A DNA stretch of 64,000 nt from an uncultured Actinomycetota bacterium (GCA_963712425.1 CAVQHW010000005.1:968-64967), one strand, 5' to 3'. Positions 1 through 9,915 are shown, numbered from the stretch's first letter. The notes: generated by a model not told the origin, from the sequence alone. Translations and numbers: made by a program.

Positions 1-355
1 AGCGCACGCGAGACCGACGATGGACGCCGCCAGCACGCGGGCAGGGGAAGCTCTCATGCGGTGTAGATCGAAACCTCCGGCAGCACAATCGATCGCCCGG
101 CTGGGTGGGCGCTGAGGTCGATGGCCTGGCTGGCGCCGGCGGCGTCTCGGTCGACGTCGTCAGCGACCACCTCGGCCGTGTAGATCTCGCGGGATGCGGG
201 TCCGTCTGGGGGTGCTAGGTCGCAGAGCAAGGTGAGGGGTACGCCAGCGCGCAACAGCGACCATGCCCGCGCGGCTCCCGGGGAGGTAATCACACTGGTG
301 TAGTTCGGCAACCCTCGACCAGAACTTGACCCCTCCAGCCCACCCAGTTTTCGGC

Positions 356-1231
356 TCAATCGCCGGTGACAGCGTCCGCTAGGTCGTCGGGAAGGGCTGC
401 TCGGACGGCGTCCCAGATCTGCTGGTTGGCGGCGGTGAGGACGCCGAACCGCGCGTCCCAAGGGCGGTAGGCGCTGCCGTCGAGCCGCGCGACGACGAGG
501 CCCGCCTCTTGCGCCAGCAGCGATCCGGGGGCGTGGTCCCAGGGCAGGGTGCGCCAGTAGAGCGCGTGCGTCAGCTCGCCCGTCACCGTCATCGGGTACA
601 CGACCCCGGCCGCGGCCACCGGGGTATGCGTCAGGTTCGCCGCGTCGAAGCCAGCCATGGCCGCATCGCGCAGGTCGGCCGGCATCATGCGCGTACGCAG
701 GACGCCGCGCCACGACGTTGGGTCGGTGTCGGGCGTGGGAGCCGTGATTCGTTCGCCGTTCTCGAACGACCCCTGGCCCCGAACAGCAGTGAACATGCGA
801 CCGTGAATCGGTTGCCAGATCCAGGACGCCGTCACCTCGTTGCTCTCGACGAGGGCAACCATGGTGGCGAAGTCAGGGCTGCCTTCGATGAACGAGTTCG
901 TTCCGTCAACGGGGTCGATGACCCACACGCGCTCGTGGGTGTGCGCGTCGTCCAACGGTGTGGCGTCGGCCGCCATCGCCTCTTCGCCGATGATCGGGAC
1001 GCCTGGCTCGAGCGTCGTGAGGGCGCTGGTGAGCAGGGCTTCGCACTCGTGGTCAGCATCGGTCACCCAGTCGCCGGGTGCCTTCTGGATGATCGCCTCT
1101 GACGACAGGGCCCTGAACCGAGGAACGACGGCGCGATCAGCAGCAGCTCGCACGGCACTGGAAACCGCATCGACCAGCTCAGTCATCGGAGTGGAGCTAC
1201 TCCAATCGCGAGAACGCGTGGGCGGAGACAC
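356..1231 (-). CDS. inositol monophosphatase family protein (histidinol-phosphatase/IMPase-like)
   Basis: 291-aa ORF with the WVIDPVDGTNSF metal-binding motif characteristic of the IMPase/FIG superfamily; runs divergently from the methyltransferase gene. Confidence 0.8.
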   Translation of the reverse strand: MSPPTRSRDWSSSTPMTELVDAVSSAVRAAADRAVVPRFRALSSEAIIQKAPGDWVTDADHECEALLTSALTTLEPGVPIIGEEAMAADATPLDDAHTHERVWVIDPVDGTNSFIEGSPDFATMVALVESNEVTASWIWQPIHGRMFTAVRGQGSFENGERITAPTPDTDPTSWRGVLRTRMMPADLRDAAMAGFDAANLTHTPVAAAGVVYPMTVTGELTHALYWRTLPWDHAPGSLLAQEAGLVVARLDGSAYRPWDARFGVLTAANQQIWDAVRAALPDDLADAVTGD

Positions 1232-1254
1232 GGTGCTGCTGACATTCTGACTCA

Positions 1255-2035
1255 GTGAACAACCCGATCATCCGCTACTACACGGACGAATACGCAGAGG
1301 CTGACCGCCTCTTCGTTGACGGAGCAGGGCAACTCGAGCTCATTCGCACCCAAGAACTGCTGCGGGCAGGTGCTGCCACCCCAACAGGCGCGCATCGCCG
1401 ATATCGGCGGGGGAACTGGCGTGTACGCCCGCTGGCTCACCGAAATGGGACATGACGTTGAGCTGCTCGACCTGACGCCAAGCCACGTTGAGGCGGCGCA
1501 GACGGCGAGTCCTGGCCTCAAGGCACAGGTGGGGGACGCTCGTGCGCTTCCCTGGGGCGATCACACGTTCGATGTGACGTTGGTGATGGGCCCGCTCTAC
1601 CACCTGATCGATCGTGGGGATCGACTGACTGCTCTGCACGAAGCCATTCGCGTGACGCGTCCAGGCGGGCTTGTAGTCGTGACCGCGATCAGTCGCCACG
1701 CCTCGATTCTCGACTTGGCGGTCTTCGACATGCTCAACGAACAGTCGTTGCCTGCGCTCCAGGAGCTCTTACGGACGGGAGTCAACGACGGCAGCTTCGG
1801 GTTCACCGAGGCGTACATGCACACCGCGGACGAGTTCGAGGCCGACCTGCTCGCCAGCGGGCTATCGGCTGTGTCCGTCAAGGGAATCCAGGGACCAGTG
1901 TGGCCAGTGACGCGGTTCCGTGACCCGAGCGCCGACCTCTCGCCCTTCCTCGCCGCTGCCCGAATCGCGGAGAGCGACCCGCTGGTCATGGCGGCTAGCG
2001 CACACTTCTTTGGCGTGGGGCGGACGCCGGCATAG
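1255..2035 (+). pseudogene. class I SAM-dependent methyltransferase, frameshifted near 1366-1370
   Basis: N-terminus MNNPIIRYYTDEYAEADRLFVDGAGQLELIRTQELLRAG reads in frame +1 (ORF 1255..). The DIGGGTGVYARWL SAM-binding motif and the rest read in frame +2 (ORF 1316..2035). Deleting one g in ggtgctg joins them as ...ELLRAGLPPQQARIADIGGGTG. Confidence 0.6.
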
Positions 2036-3365
2036 CTGAGCGCACCGCGATCCAGTACCCAACGCCGACGAGCACCACCGACGGCAATGACGCCATCGGG
2101 ATCACGACCAACTGCTCAGAACGCATGCTCAAGACGCCCGCGAAGCCGGCGACCGAAAGCCCGAGAATCCCGAGCAGCGCAAGGATGCCGCCCAGCGTGG
2201 CCAATCCGCTGCGTCGCGGGCGTCGATCAGCGACAGCCGGGGTCACCCACGCGCGAGGACGCTCGAAACGGCGAAGCGCAAGCACCACAACCGCGAGCAG
2301 GGCCGCCGTGACAAGCAGCAGTGGCACGCGCAAGAGCCACCACTCAGCTGATCCGATCGCGGGAAACACCGGCGCATCAAGCACGACCAAGGTCCCATTC
2401 ACCGCGATGATCGCCGACAGGTGCCAGAGGAATGCCGTCATCACTACACCATTCGCCACGACGACGACTAGCCAAACCCGTCGGTGCTGCACCCATTGAG
2501 AAACCGGACGCCGCAACAACAACACGAGCCCGAGCAGCCACAGCGAACACGTGAGGAGCGCGAGCGACGGAGGCGTCATGTTCGACACCTCGTCACCGGG
2601 CAACGTGACCATCGACACCGGGTATGGGCCGAAGGTGACGAGCGCTAGCGTCAGCCCCAGGCCGCCAAGAGCGCACGCCGCAGCGAGACGGCGTCCGCCG
2701 CGCTGAGCCGTGCCGTCTGCGTAGAAGAAGCCACTCTGGTGCACCGCAAGCCAGACGAAGGCAAAGTTGAGGTAGCCGATCACGTCGGGCGCATCCCACG
2801 CGAACCGAGCGATGTCGACCAAGGCGGTGGCCAACGCCAACACGGCGAGCACGCGCCAACCCCAGCGCCGATGCAGGCGCAGCATCGACGGCGCCAGCAG
2901 CACGACCGCGAGGTAGATGCCGATGAACCACAGCGGCTGAGCTATGACCCGAAGGATCATGATCGCCGTCGACGAAAGATTGTCGGACGCCTCAACGATC
3001 ACACCTAGCGCTGTTCCGATCGCGATGAACACCAACGTCGGTCGCAGAAGCCGTTGCATGCGGGCGGCGAGGAAGTCTGCGTACCCGCCGCCGTTGCGCG
3101 CCACGGACTCCCATCCGACGGCGTGTGAGAAGCCACCGACGGCAAAGAACACCGGCATGACCTGCAAGACCCAGGTCAACCACTGGGCCCACTCGATCTC
3201 CGACAGCGCGTTGGTGACCTCGACCGCGCCGTCCGGTTCGACGACAACACCGAGCATGAAGAAGTGACCGAACATCACTACCGCGAGCGCGGCGACACGC
3301 AGTAAGTCGACGTAGCGATCGCGACTGCTCGGTGTTGCCTCGACCAGTTCCTGCGCGCTGCTCAT
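1995..3365 (-). CDS. acyltransferase family 3 (OpgC/OatA-like) integral membrane protein
   Basis: Polytopic membrane ORF with the DLLRVAALAVVMFGHF motif typical of acyltransferase_3. The start was taken as the Met whose ATG overlaps the downstream stop (ATGA at 3362-3365); the ORF itself extends to 3431. Confidence 0.7.
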   Translation of the reverse strand: MSSAQELVEATPSSRDRYVDLLRVAALAVVMFGHFFMLGVVVEPDGAVEVTNALSEIEWAQWLTWVLQVMPVFFAVGGFSHAVGWESVARNGGGYADFLAARMQRLLRPTLVFIAIGTALGVIVEASDNLSSTAIMILRVIAQPLWFIGIYLAVVLLAPSMLRLHRRWGWRVLAVLALATALVDIARFAWDAPDVIGYLNFAFVWLAVHQSGFFYADGTAQRGGRRLAAACALGGLGLTLALVTFGPYPVSMVTLPGDEVSNMTPPSLALLTCSLWLLGLVLLLRRPVSQWVQHRRVWLVVVVANGVVMTAFLWHLSAIIAVNGTLVVLDAPVFPAIGSAEWWLLRVPLLLVTAALLAVVVLALRRFERPRAWVTPAVADRRPRRSGLATLGGILALLGILGLSVAGFAGVLSMRSEQLVVIPMASLPSVVLVGVGYWIAVRSAMPASAPRQRSVR

Positions 3366-3700
3366 GCTTGGTCGACGCTGAAGGTGTCTCGGTTCGTCGT
3401 CCACGAGAACCAGCCGAAGTTGTTGTCCCACGTGATGATCGCCGTACCGACGCGTTCGCCGCTCATGTCGTTGATCGCACAGTCGAACGACAACCCTTCA
3501 CCGACCGGTGGGGTCTCCGGGCATGCAACCTCAACGGTGCGGCCGGAGTCTTCTTTGATGCCGTCTTCGATCTCCCGCTCCATGTATGACTGGTCATAGA
3601 AGATCGCGCGCCGCACCTCAGACGTGTTGAGGACGTTGTAGAGCCCGACCATCGCCATGACACCAGCAATGAAGCCGACCAGCACATTGACGCCCAGCAC
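3362..3700 (-). CDS. hypothetical membrane-anchored protein
   Basis: ORF 3362..3850 carries 1-2 TM helices and a ~110-aa C-terminal domain (ACPETPPVGEGLSFDCAI...ITWDNNFGWFSW). The 5' end of the ORF overlaps the upstream DUF2510 gene, so the start was placed at the in-frame GTG at 3700. The start is uncertain. Confidence 0.4.
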   Translation of the reverse strand: MLGVNVLVGFIAGVMAMVGLYNVLNTSEVRRAIFYDQSYMEREIEDGIKEDSGRTVEVACPETPPVGEGLSFDCAINDMSGERVGTAIITWDNNFGWFSWTTNRDTFSVDQA

Positions 3701-3791
3701 GACCCACTGCTCTCGGTCAGAGCTCTTGACGAGGATCGCGCGGATCAACAGGTAGACCCAGCCACCGAGGAACAGCCATAGCGCATGCGCC

Positions 3792-4220
3792 TTAGCGAAT
3801 CTCGAGCCTCGGGCTCTGCAATGCCGTGATGTCCCACAACGCCAGCCCAATGGCTGCCGGCACGAGCAAAACCGAGAGCACGCCGACGACGGCGAGCGCC
3901 GGCCACGGTCCCGTGTCTGAAATGGCGAGGATCACGCAGACCAGACCCAGCACGAGCGGAAACACCGCGAGCAGCCAGGACGCCAGCGTCCGGCTAGAAA
4001 CTTCAGGTTCCGGCTCGGCTACGGCAGTTGCGACCACGGACGCCGTCGTGGGCGATGTCGCAGCAGGGGAGACGTGGCTCGTCCACTGGTACCCGTCCCA
4101 CCACCGCAGCTCGGCACCGACTCCCGTCGGGTACCAGCCGGGTGGAACGCCTGGCTGATAGGTCACCGCGTCCCCTCCTCGTGCGACTGGGAGCGCAGTC
4201 AAACACAGCGGACGCGGCAA
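3792..4220 (-). CDS. DUF2510 domain-containing membrane protein
   Basis: N-terminal PGWYPTGVGAELRWWDGYQWT motif (the DUF2510 WYPDP...RWWDG signature) followed by two TM helices. Confidence 0.6.
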   Translation of the reverse strand: MPRPLCLTALPVARGGDAVTYQPGVPPGWYPTGVGAELRWWDGYQWTSHVSPAATSPTTASVVATAVAEPEPEVSSRTLASWLLAVFPLVLGLVCVILAISDTGPWPALAVVGVLSVLLVPAAIGLALWDITALQSPRLEIR

Positions 4221-4320
4221 GGGAACGACAACGGGTCACGCGCGTCTGGCTCACCCCCGAATGGCGCAAACGAGTTATCTATCGATTGACAATCGATAGA
4301 TAACAAGCGATCCTCGATGC

Positions 4321-4807
4321 ATGACAACATCCCTTGAGTACCGGGCCGTTGCCGCCCTCAGAGTCTTCCTCGTCCTGATGTTCGGTGTCCTGGTCGTGTT
4401 CCAGACCCTGTCGCTCCCCGGCCAGTTCGCCCACATGGCGCAAGGAGTCACCCGAAGACGCGCACCTGCGGTGGCCGCTGACCGCCATCTTCGTGTTCTG
4501 GGTGCTCTGCATCCAGGTGGTGATCGTGGCGACCTGGAAGCTGCTGACGCTGGTCAAGCACGACCGCATCTTCACGCAGGCGTCCCTGCGGTGGGTCGAC
4601 GCGATAGTGGGGGCGATCGTTGCCGCATGGCTCGTGTTGCTCGGTGTGGACGTCTGGGTCGCCACCCAAGCAGATGATCCAGGGGTCCCGATGCTGTTGT
4701 TGCTGCTCACGACCGGAGTCACCGTTCTTGGGCTGCTCATGGTCGTGATGCGTGCGTTGTTGCGTCAGGCGACGATGCTTCGCACCGACATGGAAGCAGT
4801 CATCTGA
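4321..4807 (+). pseudogene. DUF2975 family membrane protein, frameshifted near 4444
   Basis: TM1 and LPGQFAHMAQ are in frame +1 (4321..). The remaining three TM helices (AHLRWPLTAIFVFWVL...ADDPGVPMLLLLL) are in frame +2 (4385..4807). Deleting one g at 4444-4445 restores a full DUF2975 architecture. Its stop overlaps the XRE regulator start (TGATG). Confidence 0.55.
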
Positions 4808-5046
4808 TGCCGATCATCGTGCGCATCGATGTCGAGTTGGCGAAGCGAAAGATGAGCGTCGGAGAGTTCTCTGAGCTTGTGGGGCTCACGCCGGCGAACG
4901 TGGCGGTGCTGAAGAACGGGCGCGCCAAAGCCGTGCGTTTCAGCACCCTAGAAGCCATGTGTCGCGTGCTCGAGTGTCAACCGGGCGACTTGCTCGAGTG
5001 GGTCGACGTCGACGTCGAGGCGGACGCCGATGCTGACGTCACGTGA
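4807..5046 (+). CDS. helix-turn-helix transcriptional regulator (XRE family, YozG-like)
   Basis: 79-aa ORF with an HTH (MSVGEFSELVGLTPANVAVLKNGRAKAVRFSTLEAMCRVLECQPGDLLEW). DUF2975 + YozG-like HTH is a recurrent gene pair. Confidence 0.8.
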   Translation: MPIIVRIDVELAKRKMSVGEFSELVGLTPANVAVLKNGRAKAVRFSTLEAMCRVLECQPGDLLEWVDVDVEADADADVT

Positions 5047-5554
5047 CGACAGCCATGCCGCGTTCGTTGTGGCTGACGTCCGGCCAAGGGCCTCGTGCCC
5101 ACTCCAGCCCAGTTCGCGCGGCCGCCACGATGTCGTCAACATGCTCGGCCACCTGCCTTACCGACTCGCTGTGGCGCGCCAGGTCGTCGACTCCGACCTC
5201 TGCAAGCAGTGCGGTGACGTCAGCAAGGCGCTGAGACAACCAGCCGAGTGGATCCGCAGGAATCGCAGCGTCGAAAACACGATCACCTGGCTCGCCGTCC
5301 GTCATCGTCGGGTGCCAGTGCATCCGGTTAGCCGCCCCGGGGGCTGACTCGAGCAGGTCGATGCGACAGAGGCCGGGTTGCAGTGTGATCTTGTCCGACG
5401 CGTAGATGCTGCCGGTGTGGTGGGAGTGAACGGGACGAATCTCGACGCGGACGCCTCGCTCGCGAATGTCGGGCTCGGACGCGAACGCGGGATCAAGAAA
5501 GTCCGTGCGCTCAACGGTCACCGCGAGAGTGTCAAACAACCAGCAGGTCTGCAT
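5039..5554 (-). CDS. hypothetical protein
   Basis: ORF 5039..5740. The start was chosen at internal Met (MQTCW...) to avoid a divergent overlap with 5679..7037. The VHSHHTGS...ITLQPG segment weakly resembles the C-terminal motifs of metallophosphoesterases. No confident family assignment. Confidence 0.3.
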   Translation of the reverse strand: MQTCWLFDTLAVTVERTDFLDPAFASEPDIRERGVRVEIRPVHSHHTGSIYASDKITLQPGLCRIDLLESAPGAANRMHWHPTMTDGEPGDRVFDAAIPADPLGWLSQRLADVTALLAEVGVDDLARHSESVRQVAEHVDDIVAAARTGLEWARGPWPDVSHNERGMAVVT

Positions 5555-5678
5555 GAGGTGCTCCGATCGCCATTCGTGTTGTTGCACGAAACCACGATCA
5601 TTATCGCGCGCTTGTGACGCGTGAACTCGCGAGGTACCGTCGCGAGACCGCACTTCCTGACAACGAGATGGATCATCA

Positions 5679-7037
5679 GTGCGCAAACCTCGTCGCACGA
5701 CGCTTAGCGTCGTTGCCTCTGGCTTCACGATCTTCCTCATCAGCAGCCTCTCGTCCGGCGCTTCCTTCGCCGAAGTCGATCACGCTGCGGCACTAGCTTC
5801 TGGATCGGTTTCGCTCATCTCTGTCACAGATGCAGGTGAACCCTCGGACGTGGCCAGTCGGCTTCCTGCGGCCCGCCCGGTGGTCTCGCATCACGGTAGG
5901 TACGTGGTCTTTCAGTCCAGAGACGGCGAACTGGCGGGGAACGACACCAACGGCCTCGAGGACGTGTTCGTCCGCGACAGCCAAGCGGGGACGACTCAGT
6001 TGGTCAGCCACGTAGCGGGTGTGGCTGTCGGCGGAGGCGGTGCCACTGTCTCGGCGAACGGGCGCTACGTCGCGTTCCTGTCGGCGTCCCCAGACCTTTC
6101 ACCTGACGATACGAACGGCGCCAAGTTCGACGTGTTCGTTCGCGACATGTCGAACGGTGACCTGACGCTGGTCTCGCGAGCTACCGACGGCAGTCAACGC
6201 AACCGCGACAGCGATGCGGCCGTGATCTCCGCAGACGGTAGCCGCGTCGCCTTCTTGACGTCCGCTCGACTGAGCACCGCTGACCATGACCCGGCGGGCG
6301 TAGAGCGCTGGAAGCAACAGGACGTATACGTGCACAACCTTGCGAAGGGCACGACCAGGCTGACTTCGGTCAAGCGCAGTGGGGACGACTTCGTCGGTCC
6401 GGTGGGGCTTGGGGGAATCTCGGCCGACGGCAGCACGGTGGGTTTCACCTGGGGGAGCCTCGGGCGCAACTCGACGGCACCTGGTGGTTACTACGTCCGC
6501 GATCTTGCGAAGCCAGGCTCAACCTTGTTGTGGGAAGAGAAGATCCTCGCGGGTGGTGTGAGCGACGGTGCGCCGGCGATCTCTGGTGACGGACGCGTCG
6601 CGGCGTTCGCATCCGATAGCAACGGTGTCGACCCAGACCCGAACTATCCGGTGTATGACGTCGCGGTCGTTGATCTCGACTCAGGGGAGCGAATCCTTGT
6701 GTCCCACGGACTCAACGATCGAGACGCTCACGGCGACAGTTGGGCGCCGACGCTCTCTTACGACGGTGGTGTGGTCGCGTTCGCGTCAGAGGCCCCGAAC
6801 CTGGTTCGGCGCGATAACAACGACTTCTCGGATGTCTTCCGCTACGAGATCGGCGGGGCCATGACTCTGGTGTCGCGGGGGCCGGACGGCCCCGGAAATC
6901 TTGCCAGTGGGTTCGGCGGGGGCGTAGCCATCAGCGGCGACGGCCAATCAGTCGCTTTCCACTCGTTCGCCAACAACCTGATCTCAGACGACACGAACTC
7001 GAACAGCGATGTGTTCCTCTGGAGAAGCGTCGAGTAG
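5679..7037 (+). CDS. secreted PD40/TolB-like beta-propeller repeat protein
   Basis: N-terminal signal peptide followed by repeated DTNG..DVFVRD...T.LVS blades (WD40-like beta-propeller, PD40 type). Confidence 0.75.
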   Translation: MRKPRRTTLSVVASGFTIFLISSLSSGASFAEVDHAAALASGSVSLISVTDAGEPSDVASRLPAARPVVSHHGRYVVFQSRDGELAGNDTNGLEDVFVRDSQAGTTQLVSHVAGVAVGGGGATVSANGRYVAFLSASPDLSPDDTNGAKFDVFVRDMSNGDLTLVSRATDGSQRNRDSDAAVISADGSRVAFLTSARLSTADHDPAGVERWKQQDVYVHNLAKGTTRLTSVKRSGDDFVGPVGLGGISADGSTVGFTWGSLGRNSTAPGGYYVRDLAKPGSTLLWEEKILAGGVSDGAPAISGDGRVAAFASDSNGVDPDPNYPVYDVAVVDLDSGERILVSHGLNDRDAHGDSWAPTLSYDGGVVAFASEAPNLVRRDNNDFSDVFRYEIGGAMTLVSRGPDGPGNLASGFGGGVAISGDGQSVAFHSFANNLISDDTNSNSDVFLWRSVE

Positions 7038-7062
7038 GCGATCCTGCGACGTTGGCCGATGG

Positions 7063-7647
7063 CTACAGAGAGATGAGTGCAGCGAGGAACAGCCCGAAGA
7101 CCGTCCAGGTACACACCAGCTGGATCCAGTTGATGCGGAAGTACTTCGCTCGACCCTTCTCCCACTCAGTGGGCATGGCTTCGGGGTCCCACGCCAGCAT
7201 GACGTCGTAAAGCGGCTCCTTCCAGACGTTGGACACCACGTACACGCCAATGATCACGATCCCGAGGCCGATGGCCGTGAGTACGAACGAGGTAGACGTG
7301 CGGTCGTCCCACATCAGAACGAGCGCGACGATCGGTGCTACGGCCATGCCGATTGCGCACACGTAGTTGAACCACGCTTTGCGCCCAACGGGAAGAAAGG
7401 TCCGCAGGAAGCTCTCGAAGTCGCGACCGTTCATTGCGGCGAGCATGCGGTGCATCACCAGGGTCAACATTCCCAATAGGCCAGACCAGAGCCCTGCGAA
7501 AACGACAGAGGCTGCCAGCGCCCACTCTTCGCCAGTCACGTCAATCTCCTCAGCGGTGGATCGACCAAATATTGCCCACTGGACGCCACGAAGTCGATAC
7601 CCGGCGATCGAAGGCGCTAGGCTCCGTCGCTGTGTCAGAACCTGCAA
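7063..7647 (-). CDS. DUF1772 domain membrane protein
   Basis: Four-TM protein of DUF1772 (anthrone-oxygenase-like) type. The true start may be the internal GTG at 7542. Confidence 0.55.
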   Translation of the reverse strand: MQVLTQRRSLAPSIAGYRLRGVQWAIFGRSTAEEIDVTGEEWALAASVVFAGLWSGLLGMLTLVMHRMLAAMNGRDFESFLRTFLPVGRKAWFNYVCAIGMAVAPIVALVLMWDDRTSTSFVLTAIGLGIVIIGVYVVSNVWKEPLYDVMLAWDPEAMPTEWEKGRAKYFRINWIQLVCTWTVFGLFLAALISL

Positions 7648-8009
7648 CAGACCCCTTTGTTCTCACCGTGGGCGACATCGGTGTTACGCAGTCGCAGATC
7701 GTGACCCCGAACGGGGTAGCGCCTCTTGCTGGGTCTTCGTGGCTCGCCACCGACATGTCTGTCACGCAATCCAAGATTCCAACGTGGGCCCTGGTGGTCG
7801 CCATCGTGGGGGCCGTCTTCACCTGCCTGCTGTCGCTCCTGTTCCTCTTGGCCAAGGAGCATGTGACGACCGGCTATGTGCAGGTCTCGGTTCGCAGCGG
7901 AGATCTCACACACACGACTCAGGTGCCGGTGACTTCGCTTGACGCCGTGACAAATGTGCGGGCTTCCGTCGCGCACGCGCAAGCGCTGGCAGCCCAGGCG
8001 TCCTCGTAA
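7632..8009 (+). CDS. hypothetical small membrane protein
   Basis: In-frame GTG start just past the DUF1772 gene. Single TM helix (WALVVAIVGAVFTCLLSLLFLL). No recognisable domain. Confidence 0.3.
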   Translation: MSEPATDPFVLTVGDIGVTQSQIVTPNGVAPLAGSSWLATDMSVTQSKIPTWALVVAIVGAVFTCLLSLLFLLAKEHVTTGYVQVSVRSGDLTHTTQVPVTSLDAVTNVRASVAHAQALAAQASS

Positions 8010-8030
8010 GTCAATGCGGAGGAGGGCACA

Positions 8031-8959
8031 ATGCCGAAGCCCATCATCGTGACGTGCGCGCCGACTGGCGGCATCCACACTCCGACGATGTCCCCGCACC
8101 TGCCGATTACTCCCAATGACATCGCGCAGGCGTCGATCGAGGCCGCCGAGGCTGGCGCCGCAATCATTCACTTGCATGCTCGTAACCCAGAAACTGGTGC
8201 GCCCGACCCCCGGCCCGAGCTGTTCCAAGAGTTCATGCCTCAGATCGCCAAGTCGTGTGACGCAGTTTTGAATGTCTCGACCGGTGGTGGGCTGGGGATG
8301 ACACGCGAGCAGCGCCTCAGGGCGGCAGTCGCGACTTCACCTGAAATGGCTTCACTCAATGTGGGGTCGATCAACTTCGGCATCTTCCCACTACTCGAGA
8401 AGTACTCGCAGTGGAAGCACGACTGGGAGCCCACGTTCCTAGAGATGACTCGCGACTTCGTCTTCAAGAACACCTTCGCTGATCTCGAGTACGTCGTGAA
8501 AGAATTGGGTCAGGGCACGGTACGAAATTCGAGTTCGAGTGCTACGACCTAGGTCACCTGTACAACCTTGCGTGGTTGATCGACCAAGGGTGGCTTGAGC
8601 CTCCGTACTTCATTCAGATGGTTTTCGGAATCCTGGGGGGTGTTGGTTCCGACCTCGACAACCTGATGCACATGCACACGATCGCGGACAAACTGTTTGG
8701 CGATAGTTACGAGTGGTCGGTGCTGGCGGCCGGACGCCACCAGATGTCGTTTGCAACCGAAGCGGCGATGCTCGGAGGCAACGTACGGGTCGGGCTCGAG
8801 GACAGCCTGTACATCGGACCAGGGGAGTTGGCTGCCACCAACGCCAGTCAGGTCCGCAAGATCCGCTCCATTGTGGAGTCGTTGGGGTATGAGCTCGCCA
8901 CTCCAGCTCAAGCCCGGGAGCGCTTAGCGCTCAAAGGGTCAGAGCGCGTCACGTTCTGA
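8031..8959 (+). pseudogene. kce: 3-keto-5-aminohexanoate cleavage enzyme (BKACE/DUF849 family), frameshifted near 8520-8528
   Basis: N-terminal 173 aa (MPKPIIVTCAPTGG...AIIHLHARNPETG...) are in one frame and the C-terminal 127 aa (FIQMVFGILGG...GGNVRVGLEDSLYIG...) in another. The frame of the downstream ORF already reads GTKFEFECYDLGHLYNLAWLIDQGWL from 8518, upstream of its first ATG. A single indel at acggtacgaaattcg merges both into one ~305-aa BKACE protein. Confidence 0.75.
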
Positions 8960-8976
8960 CGGTGACGCCGTCGGAG

Positions 8977-9915
8977 TCACCGGTCGAGCCAGGCGAACCC
9001 GAGCCCACCACCGTTGTCGCTACGGATGATGGTCGAACACTCTGAGTCGATGATGGTCACAGCGCGGCGAGTGCCGGTCTTGTCTTCGACAACGGCGGTG
9101 TAAGTAGGGCGTGGGCTGCTCCCACAGTCGACCATGCCGCCTGCAATGGCGTGCAGGCCGATGCGCACGCGCTCAGCTTGGTCGGCGGTCAGCTCACGAA
9201 CCTCGGGCTGGGCGGCTTTGTCCGCAAACGGCCATGTACACACGATTCCTCTGACCGCCGATAGCGGCATGATCATCGGCATCCGCTGGCCGAGGTGGTA
9301 GCCGGTGTTGAGAGAGGTTGACGGACCGTCGATGTCCACGCTGTCGGGTTCACGCGGATCCTTCGGGCAGGCAAGCGGTTCGTCACTCGGGGTGCTTTCG
9401 AAGTCGTCGGCGTACTGCTGACCAAACGCCCTCATCAACAGCCCGTAGACACCGAGCGCGTCCGGGCCGCCGACTCGGACGCCATTCACGGTCAGTTTTC
9501 CGGCGCACTCTGGATCGGTTTGCCCCGCGATGTTCGCAACTTCGCCATCGCTGTACCCGACTTGGACTCTGTAGCTTCGACCCCATGGCCCACAGCGGGC
9601 TTCGCGCGGTACTTCACCCTCGTCTAGTTCCACTAACTCGACGAGGGCGTCCAAGTGACTGGTGAGCCCGTCGGACGGCACCTCCGCGGGCGACGTACGT
9701 CCTTCAGGGCCAGGACAGAACCTCGCCCACATCGGCGTTCCCGCGATCGTCTCCCGCGTTGCTTCGGCGGTGTCGATACATGCGTTAGGAGCCTCGCTGG
9801 ACGAACCTGTCTGGCTCGAAGGAGAGGACGCCGATTCGTTCGACCCCTGCGTGGCGGTGCATCCCGCCGCCGACAGGCTTGCCAGTGACAAGAGCACGGC
9901 CACTACGGATCGCAT
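8977..9915 (-). CDS. hypothetical lipoprotein
   Basis: The start was chosen at MRSVVAVLLSLASLSAAGC (signal peptide plus lipobox). Ser/Thr-rich linker followed by a Cys-containing globular domain. This avoids overlap with the upstream VOC gene. Confidence 0.6.
   Translation of the reverse strand: MRSVVAVLLSLASLSAAGCTATQGSNESASSPSSQTGSSSEAPNACIDTAEATRETIAGTPMWARFCPGPEGRTSPAEVPSDGLTSHLDALVELVELDEGEVPREARCGPWGRSYRVQVGYSDGEVANIAGQTDPECAGKLTVNGVRVGGPDALGVYGLLMRAFGQQYADDFESTPSDEPLACPKDPREPDSVDIDGPSTSLNTGYHLGQRMPMIMPLSAVRGIVCTWPFADKAAQPEVRELTADQAERVRIGLHAIAGGMVDCGSSPRPTYTAVVEDKTGTRRAVTIIDSECSTIIRSDNGGGLGFAWLDR

Noticed and set aside
54-1102. Long ORFs (54..713 -, 509..1102 +, 832..1059 -) overlapping the inositol monophosphatase gene
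   Set aside because: Arg/Pro/Ala/Gly-rich low-complexity translations typical of off-frame or antisense reading in 70% GC DNA. The IMPase frame has the clear domain signature.
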